Under the pieces are notes generated by a model, which saw only the letters and a list, made by a program, of their open reading frames with translations, was not told where the DNA came from and searched no databases. A stretch of DNA of 64,000 bases, taken from positions 21,750 through 85,749 of the forward strand of contig SVQW01000001.1 of assembly GCA_015065085.1 (NCBI GenBank), given 5' to 3'. The stretch is from Oscillospiraceae bacterium. Lineage in GTDB: Bacteria > Bacillota > Clostridia > Oscillospirales > SIG627. Made by a program: the position numbers and the translations under genes. Positions 45,351-54,315 of the stretch are shown piece by piece. The first letter of the stretch is position 1; every line of letters begins with the position of its first letter.

Positions 45351-46454
45351 ATGAAAGTATCGCTACATAACCTTACAAAAAGCTTTCCCTCACGCAATAA
45401 AAAGGATAAGTCCGTGGTTGTTGCGGTGAATAATTTCAATTTTGAAATTCCCGATGGCAAGCTTGTTGGGCTTTTGGGACCGTCAGGTTGCGGGAAGAGC
45501 ACAACTCTGAATCTTATATGCGGACTCCTCAAGCCGACATCGGGTAAAATCTTTTTCGGTGATGACGATGTTACATCGCTTGAACCGGAAAACAGGGGAG
45601 TGGGTATGGTTTTTCAAAATTACGCTCTTTATCCTCACATGAGCGTTTTGCAGAACATTACCTTTCCGCTGGGCAATCTAAAAGGAAAAGAAAAGCTCAC
45701 CAAAGCGCAGATGCTGGAAAAGGCACATAGAATTGCAAAGCTTGTGCAAATAGATGAGCTTTTGGAACGCAAGCCGTCTCAGCTTTCCGGCGGTCAGCAA
45801 CAGCGCGTTGCGATAGCACGTGCACTGATAAAAATGCCACGTGTGCTTCTTTTGGATGAACCGCTCTCAAATCTGGACGCCCGTCTCAGACTCCGGACAC
45901 GAGAGGAAATAAGCAGAATACAAAAAGAAACGGGCATAACAACAATTTTCGTAACGCACGACCAGGAAGAAGCAATGAGTATTTCCGATATGATTGTTGT
46001 TATGAAAGAGGGAGTTGTTCAGCAGATAGGAGCACCGCAGGAGGTTTATGATAATCCTGTAAATCTTTTCGTAGCGCAGTTCCTGGGCACTCCGCCAATC
46101 AGTATTTTTGATGGTGCGGTCAGAAATAAAAAACTGTATATCGGTGATGATGCGGTAATGGATGCAGGTAATCTTCCGGATTGTGACGTTAATGTCGGAA
46201 TACGGCCTGAAGGCTATATTCTCAAAAACGATGGTGCAATGAAATGCAAGCTTCGCAAGGTTGAGGTTATGGGACGTGATATAAGTGTGGTTTCCTGCCA
46301 TCCGTCCTGCCATAATGAGGTTATACGCTCTATAATTGCTTCGGACAATATTTCTGAGCTGGTGGGCGAAAATGTATGCTTTGATATAAAACCGTCCAAG
46401 ATTTTTCTGTTTGACAAGATTACAGGACGCAGAATACGTGTTGAAAATGTATAG
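45351..46454 (+). CDS. ABC transporter ATP-binding protein, MalK/UgpC/MsmK type (with a C-terminal TOBE-like domain)
   Basis: Walker A GPSGCGKST, signature LSGGQQQRVAIARA, and Walker B LLLDEP. Confidence 0.92.
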   Translation: MKVSLHNLTKSFPSRNKKDKSVVVAVNNFNFEIPDGKLVGLLGPSGCGKSTTLNLICGLLKPTSGKIFFGDDDVTSLEPENRGVGMVFQNYALYPHMSVLQNITFPLGNLKGKEKLTKAQMLEKAHRIAKLVQIDELLERKPSQLSGGQQQRVAIARALIKMPRVLLLDEPLSNLDARLRLRTREEISRIQKETGITTIFVTHDQEEAMSISDMIVVMKEGVVQQIGAPQEVYDNPVNLFVAQFLGTPPISIFDGAVRNKKLYIGDDAVMDAGNLPDCDVNVGIRPEGYILKNDGAMKCKLRKVEVMGRDISVVSCHPSCHNEVIRSIIASDNISELVGENVCFDIKPSKIFLFDKITGRRIRVENV

Positions 46455-46466
46455 CGGGGGCGGATT

Positions 46467-47357
46467 ATGGAAAATAAGAATTTAAAAGCCTGGCTGTATC
46501 TTATACCCGCGGTTCTGTTTCTTGCCGCATTCATGGTATATCCGCTTATAGACGTGTTTGTATACTCCTTTGAAGAGGGCTACAATTCCGCTTCCCAGAC
46601 GTTTTTCGGAGTAGGTACGTATAACTATTCTTATGTGTTGCGTGACCCGTATTTTTTGCAGGCGGTGCAGAATACCATAATACTGGTTATAATAACCGTT
46701 CCCGTTTCCACCGCTCTTGCACTTCTTATTTCTGTTGGGCTGAGTTCAATCAAGCCGCTCAGGAATCTTTTTCAGACAGTCTATTTTCTTCCGTATGTGA
46801 CCAATACACTGGCGGTAGGCTTGGTTTTTATGATACTTTTCAAAAAAACGCCCTACACCGACGGACTTGTAAACCTTATACTGAAATTCTTGGGTACAAA
46901 TCCCATTGACTTTATTGACGGACCATACTGGGCAAAAATGTTTGTTCTGTGCTTTTACACTGTCTGGGTGGTATTGCCGTTTAAAATTCTCATTCTTACA
47001 AGTGCTCTCGCTTCCGTTAACAAAGACTATTACAGCGCTGCACGTGTGGACGGAACACCGAAAATCAGAATATTTACAAAAATCACACTGCCAATGATTT
47101 CACCAATGCTGTTTTATCTTATTATTACAGGCTTTATCGGAGCATTCAAGGCGTACAGCGATGCGGTTGCGCTTTTTGGTACCGATCTCAATGCATCGCA
47201 AATGAACACCATAGTTGGCTATGTATATGATATGCTTTACGGTGACAGCGGCGGTTATCCTTCATATGCTTCTGCGGCGGCGATAATACTTTTTGCTATT
47301 GTTCTGACAATCACCTGCATAAATCTCATAGTCAGCAAAAAGCACGTTCACTATTGA
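46467..47357 (+). CDS. Carbohydrate-type ABC transporter permease (MalF/UgpA-like)
   Basis: Six hydrophobic segments and an EAA-like loop (YSAARVDGTPKIRIFTKITLPM). Confidence 0.88.
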   Translation: MENKNLKAWLYLIPAVLFLAAFMVYPLIDVFVYSFEEGYNSASQTFFGVGTYNYSYVLRDPYFLQAVQNTIILVIITVPVSTALALLISVGLSSIKPLRNLFQTVYFLPYVTNTLAVGLVFMILFKKTPYTDGLVNLILKFLGTNPIDFIDGPYWAKMFVLCFYTVWVVLPFKILILTSALASVNKDYYSAARVDGTPKIRIFTKITLPMISPMLFYLIITGFIGAFKAYSDAVALFGTDLNASQMNTIVGYVYDMLYGDSGGYPSYASAAAIILFAIVLTITCINLIVSKKHVHY

Positions 47358-47369
47358 GAGGGAAAGTGT

Positions 47370-48245
47370 ATGCATAATAATATGAATTACAATTCTATAC
47401 AAAAAACCACAAATCTGAGAAAAACGGCTTTTAATATAGTTGTATATACGCTTCTGAGCATATGGGCAATGTTGGTGCTTTTTCCGTTTTACTGGATGGT
47501 GCTTACTTCGGTGAAGGGCTATGGAGCATATAACTCGGAATATATTCCGCAGTTTTTCACTCTTTCTCCTACACTCGAAAATTATTATCAGGCATTCGGC
47601 GCGGTACCGTTGGCAAAATATTTTGTCAACACCCTTGTTTTCACGGTACTTACCACGACTATCATGCTGGTAGTGATAATACCTGCCGCTTTCGCCTTTG
47701 CCAGACTTCAGTTCAGAGGAAAAAATCTTGTATTCACATTGTTCCTGTCGCTGATGATGATACCGAATGAGCTTGTCGTCATAACAAATTTTGTTACTAT
47801 AACCAACCTCGAACTCAGAAATACTTTTACAGGACTTATCCTTCCGTCCGTGACATCTGTTTTCTACATTTATCTTCTGAAAGAAAACTTCGCACAGATC
47901 CCCGATGAACTGTATTACGCTGCCAAGGTGGACGGCACTTCGGATATGAAATATCTTTTAAGGGTCATGATGCCCATCTGCCGACCTACCATTGTTACCG
48001 TCACTATTCTGAAAGTAATAGAGTGCTGGAACTCATATGTGTGGCCGAGACTTATAACCGATAATCCTGATTACTATCTTGTTTCCAACGGTATACAGGA
48101 AATACGGGAAAATGGCTTCGGACGTGAAAATATTCCTGCTATGATGGCGGCAGTGGTGGTAATATCCGTACCGCTTATAATACTGTTTCTTATATTCCGC
48201 AGGAAAATAATGGAGGGCGTAGCGAGAGGGGGCACCAAAGGATGA
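47370..48245 (+). CDS. Carbohydrate-type ABC transporter permease (MalG/UgpE-like)
   Basis: EAA-like loop YYAAKVDGTSDMKYLLRVMMP. Polytopic. Confidence 0.88.
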   Translation: MHNNMNYNSIQKTTNLRKTAFNIVVYTLLSIWAMLVLFPFYWMVLTSVKGYGAYNSEYIPQFFTLSPTLENYYQAFGAVPLAKYFVNTLVFTVLTTTIMLVVIIPAAFAFARLQFRGKNLVFTLFLSLMMIPNELVVITNFVTITNLELRNTFTGLILPSVTSVFYIYLLKENFAQIPDELYYAAKVDGTSDMKYLLRVMMPICRPTIVTVTILKVIECWNSYVWPRLITDNPDYYLVSNGIQEIRENGFGRENIPAMMAAVVVISVPLIILFLIFRRKIMEGVARGGTKG

Positions 48246-49831
48246 AAAAACTCTTTTTCACACTTGTCGTTGTGCTTGTTGCGCTTGCAATGCAGGGATG
48301 TCACGGCTCGCGTGAGCAAAATGAATTTGAAATCCCACAGGAATTTGACAGCGCAAAGAATTACGAAATTACCTTTTGGGCAAAGAATGACACTAATATA
48401 AATCAGGTCAGAATTTACGAAAAGGCAATTTCCGATTTTGAAGCACTCTACCCAAATATTAAAGTAAATCTCCGCCTTTACACCGACTACGGAAGAATAT
48501 ATAATGATGTTATAACCAATATGTCCACAGGCACTACGCCTAATGTATGTATAACCTATCCGGACCATATTGCAACCTACCTTACGGGAGACAATGTGGT
48601 TGTTCCGCTTGATACGCTTTTGGTGCACGATAAGTATGGGCTGGGCGGAAGTGAGGTGAAATTTGATTCTCCTGCAAAAGATGAAATTGTCTCTAAATTT
48701 CTCAATGAGTGTTCTTTTGACGGAAATCTTTATGCTTTGCCGTTCATGCGCTCTACGGAGGCGTGCTACGTAAATAAAACTTATGTGGAAAAGTTGGGCT
48801 ACATTCTCCCCGAGACACTTACCTGGGATTTTGTGTGGGAGGTGTCCCGCGCGGCGACTGAAAAGGACGTGAACGGTAACTTTGCCGTTAATTCGCAAAA
48901 GGTTATGCTGCCCTTCATATACAAATCCACCGACAATATGATGATCCAGATGCTGGCTCAGAAAAATGCAGGGTACTCCACGGACAGGGGCGAGGTGCTG
49001 GTTTTTAACGACACCGTAAGCATGTTTCTGAAAACTATTGCGTTCAATGTAAAGAAAGGCGCTTTTTCCACTTTTAAAATCTCGGGCTATCCCGCTAATT
49101 TCCTCAATGCAGGACAGTGTATTTTTGCGATAGATTCCACTGCCGGCGCCACCTGGATGGGAAGCGACGCACCCCTTTGCGATATAAGTGAGGAAAATCT
49201 TGTGCAGTTTGAAACCGAGGTTATGATGATACCTCAATTTGACCCGGATAATCCCTGCATGATCTCTCAGGGCCCCTCTGTGTGCGTGTTCAACAAGGAT
49301 GACCCGCAGGAGGTGCTTGCCTCCTGGCTGTTCACTCAATATCTTCTCACAAATGACGTTCAAATATCATATTCCTGTACCGAGGGATACGTGCCCGTGA
49401 CGTTGAAAGCACAGAAATCCGATGAATATAAGATGTATTTGTCGCAGATAGGACAGGATAACAATGAACACTATGAGCTCAAGATAAAGGCGGCACAGCT
49501 GCTCCTTGATAACACCGATAACACATTTGTAACTCCGGTGTTCAACGGTTCTGCTTCATTACGTGATGCGGCAGGCCAAATGATAGAAAATGTAACAAAA
49601 TCAATCAGACGTAATCAGACGGTTGATGATGATTACATTGAAAAGCTTTATGAGGATATGATTTCCTTGCATCATCTTGACCGCATAGATACAACAGGTG
49701 CTCCGTCAGGAAAAGCGGATTTAGGTAAGCTGCCCGTGACTTCTGTTGCTCTTGTATTCTTGCTGGGCGCGGCATGGCTGTTTATTGCGGTTTATTATGT
49801 TGCCGATATCCTCAAAAGTCGCAAAAAATAG
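48242..49831 (+). CDS. Extracellular solute-binding lipoprotein (529 aa) with an additional C-terminal transmembrane helix
   Basis: Lipobox LAMQGC. SBP-like body (ITFWAKND..., YALPFMRST). The C-terminus LPVTSVALVFLLGAAWLFIAVYYVADILKSRKK is a hydrophobic helix plus basic residues. Confidence 0.8.
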   Translation: MKKLFFTLVVVLVALAMQGCHGSREQNEFEIPQEFDSAKNYEITFWAKNDTNINQVRIYEKAISDFEALYPNIKVNLRLYTDYGRIYNDVITNMSTGTTPNVCITYPDHIATYLTGDNVVVPLDTLLVHDKYGLGGSEVKFDSPAKDEIVSKFLNECSFDGNLYALPFMRSTEACYVNKTYVEKLGYILPETLTWDFVWEVSRAATEKDVNGNFAVNSQKVMLPFIYKSTDNMMIQMLAQKNAGYSTDRGEVLVFNDTVSMFLKTIAFNVKKGAFSTFKISGYPANFLNAGQCIFAIDSTAGATWMGSDAPLCDISEENLVQFETEVMMIPQFDPDNPCMISQGPSVCVFNKDDPQEVLASWLFTQYLLTNDVQISYSCTEGYVPVTLKAQKSDEYKMYLSQIGQDNNEHYELKIKAAQLLLDNTDNTFVTPVFNGSASLRDAAGQMIENVTKSIRRNQTVDDDYIEKLYEDMISLHHLDRIDTTGAPSGKADLGKLPVTSVALVFLLGAAWLFIAVYYVADILKSRKK

Positions 49832-49907
49832 CGGCGTACTATTGACTTATTGTTAATTTTGTGTATAATATTAATGTAAACCAAATATTTCACTAAAGTG
49901 GAGGTAA

Positions 49908-50717
49908 ATGAAAATGAAGAAAATTTTAGCATTGATTCTTGTTGTTGTACTTGCACTTGCTGTTGCAGGATGCACTCAGCCCGCAGATGTTGTTGAAGAC
50001 GGAAACGAGGCTGTTGTTGGCGAAAATGTTTCCGATGAAAACAACGCTGAAGCAAACCTTGATAACGAGACCGATTTTTCCGCTCTTATGGGTGGAGAAA
50101 CCGCTGATGAACCTGCTGTTATGAGTTATGCTGAGTACATAGCGGCACCTGTTGACGCTCCCGTTGTTGTTGAAACCTATGTTCAGGCTACCCAGTCCTG
50201 GTGGGATAACAAAATAACCGCTTACACCCAGAACGAAGAGGGCGCATATTTCATTTATGAAATGGCATGCTCCGAAGAAGATGCCGCAAAGCTGGTTCCC
50301 GGAACAAAAATCCGCGTTACAGGTTATAAGGCAATCTGGGCAGGTGAGGTTGAAATCGTAGATGCAACCTTTGAAATTCTTGAAGGCAGCTTTGTTGCAC
50401 AGCCTCTTGACGTTACCGCACTTCTCGGCACCGAAGAACTTGTAAACGAGCAGAATAAGATGGTTTCCTTTAAGGGTATGACCATCGATTCTATCGAATA
50501 CAAGAACGGCGAGCCCGGTGACGATATCTATGTTACCGTTTCCAAAGACGGCGCTTCTTACAGCTTCTGCGTAGAGGTTTACCTCACAGGAACCGAAACC
50601 GATGTTTATAAAGCTGTTCAGGCGCTGAATGCAGGCGATGTTGTTGATATCGACGGATTCCTTTACTGGTATGAAGGCGTTAACACCCACATTACCGCAG
50701 TTACCGTTGCTGCGTAA
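49908..50717 (+). CDS. Hypothetical lipoprotein with an acidic linker and two similar beta-rich modules
   Basis: Signal peptide with lipobox LAVAGC. It has its own TTGACT-16-TATAAT promoter at 49842-49869. I recognise no family. Confidence 0.6.
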   Translation: MKMKKILALILVVVLALAVAGCTQPADVVEDGNEAVVGENVSDENNAEANLDNETDFSALMGGETADEPAVMSYAEYIAAPVDAPVVVETYVQATQSWWDNKITAYTQNEEGAYFIYEMACSEEDAAKLVPGTKIRVTGYKAIWAGEVEIVDATFEILEGSFVAQPLDVTALLGTEELVNEQNKMVSFKGMTIDSIEYKNGEPGDDIYVTVSKDGASYSFCVEVYLTGTETDVYKAVQALNAGDVVDIDGFLYWYEGVNTHITAVTVAA

Positions 50718-50738
50718 TAAAAGGTTTTAATTAAAAAA

Positions 50739-50776
50739 GGCTGTGAAAACTAAAATTTGGTTTTCACGGCCTTTTT
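50739..50776 (+). terminator. Intrinsic terminator (GGCTGTGAAAAC...GTTTTCACGGCC plus TTTTT)
   Basis: 12-bp stem and a T-run. Confidence 0.8.
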
Positions 50777-50858
50777 GTGATTAAGTCACGGAAATAATTT
50801 GTGAAATTGCATATAATAAACTCACAAAATAAAATTCAATCATGAAAGGAAAAATATT

Positions 50859-51167
50859 ATGTCAGTACTCAATATAACCAAAGAAAATTTCGATAAAGAA
50901 GTAATCGCAAGTCCCAAGCCGGTTCTTATAGATTTTTGGGCACCCTGGTGTGGACCCTGCCGTATGGTTTCGCCGATAGTGGATGAGATAGCCGACGAAA
51001 ATACCGATATACTTGTGGGTAAGATAAATGTTGATGAACAGCCTGAACTTGCACAGGAATTCGGCGTAATGAGTATCCCCATGCTGGTGGTAATGAAGGA
51101 CGGAAAAATTGTAAACAAGTCTGTCGGAGCGCGTCCGAAACAGCAGATACTTGAGCTTCTGAAATAA
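50859..51167 (+). CDS. trxA: Thioredoxin
   Basis: WAPWCGPCRM active site. 102 aa. Confidence 0.93.
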   Translation: MSVLNITKENFDKEVIASPKPVLIDFWAPWCGPCRMVSPIVDEIADENTDILVGKINVDEQPELAQEFGVMSIPMLVVMKDGKIVNKSVGARPKQQILELLK

Positions 51168-51845
51168 TTATTCCGCCAGATTACGCAGCTTTTGTTTATC
51201 AACAACTGTAATGCCCTTGCGGCTCAATTCAACTATACCGTCAGAGGAAAACTGCTTTAACATTCTGGATACTGCCTCACGGGCGGAGCCCATGTATTTG
51301 GCAATCTGCTCGTGAGTCAGTTTTATCATATCGGAATTGTTTTTTGCGATTTCGTCCACAATAAAAACAGCAAGCCTTTTTTCAAGACTCATGAACATTA
51401 TTTGCTGAAACGCCCACATTGCATCCGAAAAGGCACTTACGGCGCTTTCCAATGCAAATATCTTTGCGGACGGTACACGCTCGCATATGTCGGCAAAGGC
51501 ACATCCGCCTATTACATGGCATTCGCTGTCCTCCTCGGCAGTGACAAAAACGTCAAATGTGATGCTTTGCAGGACACAGGAAGCGGAAAGAATGCAGATT
51601 TCGCCTGCAAAAAGACGGTACAAAGTTATTTCTTTCCCTTCGTCTGACAGCATATATATTCTGAGGCAACCGCTTTTTATGATTATTACACCTGTGCATT
51701 CATTTCCGTCGTGAATCGTTTTTCCTTTTGGAAAAACGAATGGTGCGGAGCTTCTGCAAAGAGTTTCCTTGTCAGCGTCGTTAAGCTCTTTCCAGAAGGG
51801 AAGATGTTCGCTGTAAAGCTGTTGGTGAGCAAAGACCTTCTCCAT
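51168..51845 (-). CDS. Crp/Fnr-family transcriptional regulator
   Basis: cNMP-binding-like beta-roll (GVIIIKSGCLRIYMLSDEGKEITL) and a C-terminal HTH (THEQIAKYMGSAREAVSRMLKQF). Confidence 0.85.
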   Translation of the reverse strand: MEKVFAHQQLYSEHLPFWKELNDADKETLCRSSAPFVFPKGKTIHDGNECTGVIIIKSGCLRIYMLSDEGKEITLYRLFAGEICILSASCVLQSITFDVFVTAEEDSECHVIGGCAFADICERVPSAKIFALESAVSAFSDAMWAFQQIMFMSLEKRLAVFIVDEIAKNNSDMIKLTHEQIAKYMGSAREAVSRMLKQFSSDGIVELSRKGITVVDKQKLRNLAE

Positions 51846-51944
51846 TTCTATCTCCTTTTGGGTATTGTTGTTTAAATTGATTTTTTGTTTTAATTATACC
51901 AGTAAATATCAAAAAAATCAAGATGTTCAATTGCGAAAAATATA

Positions 51945-51972
51945 TTGACATTTTGGAAAAATGATGTATAAT
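51945..51972 (+). promoter_or_regulatory. Promoter TTGACA-16-TATAAT for the rubredoxin/Bfd-like genes
   Basis: TTGACATTTTGGAAAAATGATGTATAAT. Confidence 0.5.
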
Positions 51973-52006
51973 ATAGTAGTGTAGATTTGACATTGGAGGT
52001 AATACT

Positions 52007-52165
52007 ATGAAATATGTATGCGACGTATGTGGTTGGGAATATGACGAAGAAGTGGGCGATTCCGAGTACGGAATAGAAGCCGGTACAAAGTTTGAAGAAT
52101 TGCCGGACGATTTTGAATGCCCGTTGTGTGGTGTTCCCAAAAGCGAATTTTCTGAAATAGAGTGA
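52007..52165 (+). CDS. rd: Rubredoxin (52 aa; below the ORF-track size cut-off)
   Basis: My own translation is [52 protein letters not shown], with CxxCG...CPxCG motifs. GGAGG lies 7 nt upstream. Confidence 0.9.
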   Translation: MKYVCDVCGWEYDEEVGDSEYGIEAGTKFEELPDDFECPLCGVPKSEFSEIE

Positions 52166-52175
52166 GAGGTGCAAT

Positions 52176-52385
52176 ATGAAAGAGAATTATACTGTCTGCA
52201 ATTGCAAGAAGGTAACTTATAATGATATTGCCGATGCATTGCACAGCAATTCAAAATTCGAGGGCGTTCTTGAAGCATTTGAGGACGTACAGAAAATAAC
52301 ACATTGTTCCACGGGATGCGGCGGATGCCATCAGAAAGTTTTGGATATAATTTCCGAAATAATGATGGGCGCGTCACAAGCGTAA
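52176..52385 (+). CDS. BFD-like [2Fe-2S]-binding domain protein
   Basis: 69 aa with the Cys pattern CNC...CSTGCGGC, typical of Bfd-like domains. Confidence 0.7.
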   Translation: MKENYTVCNCKKVTYNDIADALHSNSKFEGVLEAFEDVQKITHCSTGCGGCHQKVLDIISEIMMGASQA

Positions 52386-52393
52386 CCCAAGAA

Positions 52394-52428
52394 ATCGGCT
52401 TAGAGTGTTCTCCGAGCCGATATTTTTT
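52394..52428 (+). terminator. Intrinsic terminator (ATCGGCT...GAGCCGAT plus TTTTTT)
   Basis: Stem and T-run read from the sequence. Confidence 0.7.
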
Positions 52429-52512
52429 GAATTTTGGTGACTTTGTCGCGTTATTTATACAGAAAATGTGTTATAATATATACATAAACAAGAAACTTTA
52501 AGGAGTACAATA

Positions 52513-54303
52513 ATGAAGATTACGAACGATATAAAATATATTGGCGTAAATGACCATGCTGTTGATCTTTTTGAGGGTCAATACGTGGTTCCAAACGGTA
52601 TGTCGTACAACTCATACGTCATTGTGGATGAAAAAATTGCTATTATGGATACCGTTGACGGCAGATTCGGTCATGAATGGTTGGATAATATTGAGAATAC
52701 CTTGAGCGGAAAAAAGCCGGATTATCTTATAGTTCAACATATGGAGCCGGACCATTCTGCAAATATCCATAATTTTATGAAAGCTTATCCCGATGCCGTA
52801 ATTGTTTCCTCTGCAAAGGCTTTTAATATGATGCAGGGCTTTTTCGGCACTGATTTTTCGGACAGACGTATTGTTGTGGGTGAGGGGGACACTCTTTCTC
52901 TCGGAAAGCATGTGCTTACCTTTGTTACGGCACCCATGGTTCACTGGCCTGAAGTAATAGTTACCTATGACAGCACGGATAAAGTTCTCTTTTCTGCAGA
53001 CGGTTTTGGAAAATTCGGTGCGCTTGACGTTTCTGAGCCTTGGGCGGATGAGGCACGCAGATATTATATCGGAATTGTCGGAAAGTACGGCTCGCAGGTT
53101 CAGAGCCTTTTAAAGAAAGCCGCAGGGCTTGATATAAGCATTATTTGTCCGCTTCACGGTCCTGTGCTCAGCGAAAATTTGGGATACTATTTAAATCTCT
53201 ACAACATCTGGTCGAGCTACGAGGCGGAAAACGATGGTATTGTAATTGCCTATACCTCTGTTTACGGTAACACAAAAAAGGCAGTTATGCTGCTTGCCGA
53301 AAAGCTTGAAGAAAAAGGATGCCCCCGCGTGATAGTCCATGATTTGGCAAGATGCGACATTTCCAAAGCAGTAGAAGATGCATTCCGCTACGATAAGCTT
53401 GTGCTTGCTACCACCACATATAATTCCGAGATATTCCCGTTTATGCGTGAGTTTATCAATCATCTCACGGAACGTAATTTCTCCAACAGAACCGTTGCTC
53501 TGATTGAAAACGGAAGTTGGGCGCCCAATGCCGCTAAGGTGATGAAGAGCATGCTTGAAAAGTCTAAAAACATTACCTTTGCCGATAATGCGGTAAAAAT
53601 AATGTCGGCGCTTAACGAGGAAAGCTCAAAACAGCTTTCTGCTCTTGCTGAGGAGCTCTGCAAAGAATATCTTGCAAAGCAGGATTCTACCGCAAACAAA
53701 AACGACCTGACCGCCCTTTTCAATATCGGTTACGGACTTTACGTTGTAACTTCCAATGACGGTAAAAAGGATAATGGTCTCATTGTCAACACTGTTACGC
53801 AGGTTACGAATACACCTAACCGCATAGCGGTAACCATTAATAAGGAAAATTACTCCCACCATATAATAAAGCAGACCGGAAAAATGAATATTAACTGCCT
53901 TTCCACCGATGCACCTTTCTCGGTGTTTGAAACCTTTGGGTTCCAAAGCGGCAGAAATGTAGATAAGTTTGATGGTGTTGAAATACTCCGTTCGGATAAC
54001 GGACTTGTTTTCCTCACCAGACATATCAATTCCTTCATGTCTCTTAAAGTAGAACAGTACGTTGATCTTGATACTCACGGAATGTTTATATGCTCCGTTA
54101 CGGAAGCCCGTGTGATAACCAATGCAGAAACCATGACATACACCTACTATTACAATAATGTGAAGCCCAAGCCGGAAACTGAAGGTAAAAAAGGCTACGT
54201 TTGTAAAATATGCGGATATGTCTATGAAGGGGATAATCTGCCGGACGATTTTGTTTGCCCCCTTTGCAAACACGGAGCGGCGGATTTTGAACCTATTGCC
54301 TGA
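52513..54303 (+). CDS. Multidomain flavodiiron protein: metallo-beta-lactamase-like diiron domain, flavodoxin-like domain, flavin-reductase-like domain, and a C-terminal rubredoxin
   Basis: Diiron motif VQHMEPDHS. Flavodoxin-like segment IVIAYTSVYGNTKKAV. Flavin-reductase-like segment YGLYVVTSNDGKKDNGLIVNTVTQV. Rubredoxin end YVCKICGYVYEG...FVCPLCKHG. Confidence 0.85.
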   Translation: MKITNDIKYIGVNDHAVDLFEGQYVVPNGMSYNSYVIVDEKIAIMDTVDGRFGHEWLDNIENTLSGKKPDYLIVQHMEPDHSANIHNFMKAYPDAVIVSSAKAFNMMQGFFGTDFSDRRIVVGEGDTLSLGKHVLTFVTAPMVHWPEVIVTYDSTDKVLFSADGFGKFGALDVSEPWADEARRYYIGIVGKYGSQVQSLLKKAAGLDISIICPLHGPVLSENLGYYLNLYNIWSSYEAENDGIVIAYTSVYGNTKKAVMLLAEKLEEKGCPRVIVHDLARCDISKAVEDAFRYDKLVLATTTYNSEIFPFMREFINHLTERNFSNRTVALIENGSWAPNAAKVMKSMLEKSKNITFADNAVKIMSALNEESSKQLSALAEELCKEYLAKQDSTANKNDLTALFNIGYGLYVVTSNDGKKDNGLIVNTVTQVTNTPNRIAVTINKENYSHHIIKQTGKMNINCLSTDAPFSVFETFGFQSGRNVDKFDGVEILRSDNGLVFLTRHINSFMSLKVEQYVDLDTHGMFICSVTEARVITNAETMTYTYYYNNVKPKPETEGKKGYVCKICGYVYEGDNLPDDFVCPLCKHGAADFEPIA

Positions 54304-54315
54304 GTGTCTTAAGAG

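Noticed and set aside
48074-49363. A 429-aa ORF on the minus strand, the longest unexplained ORF in the track.
   Set aside because: It lies entirely antisense to the well-supported permease and SBP genes. Its translation is rich in R/H/C/I with no recognisable motifs, RBS or promoter. This is a typical antisense shadow ORF.
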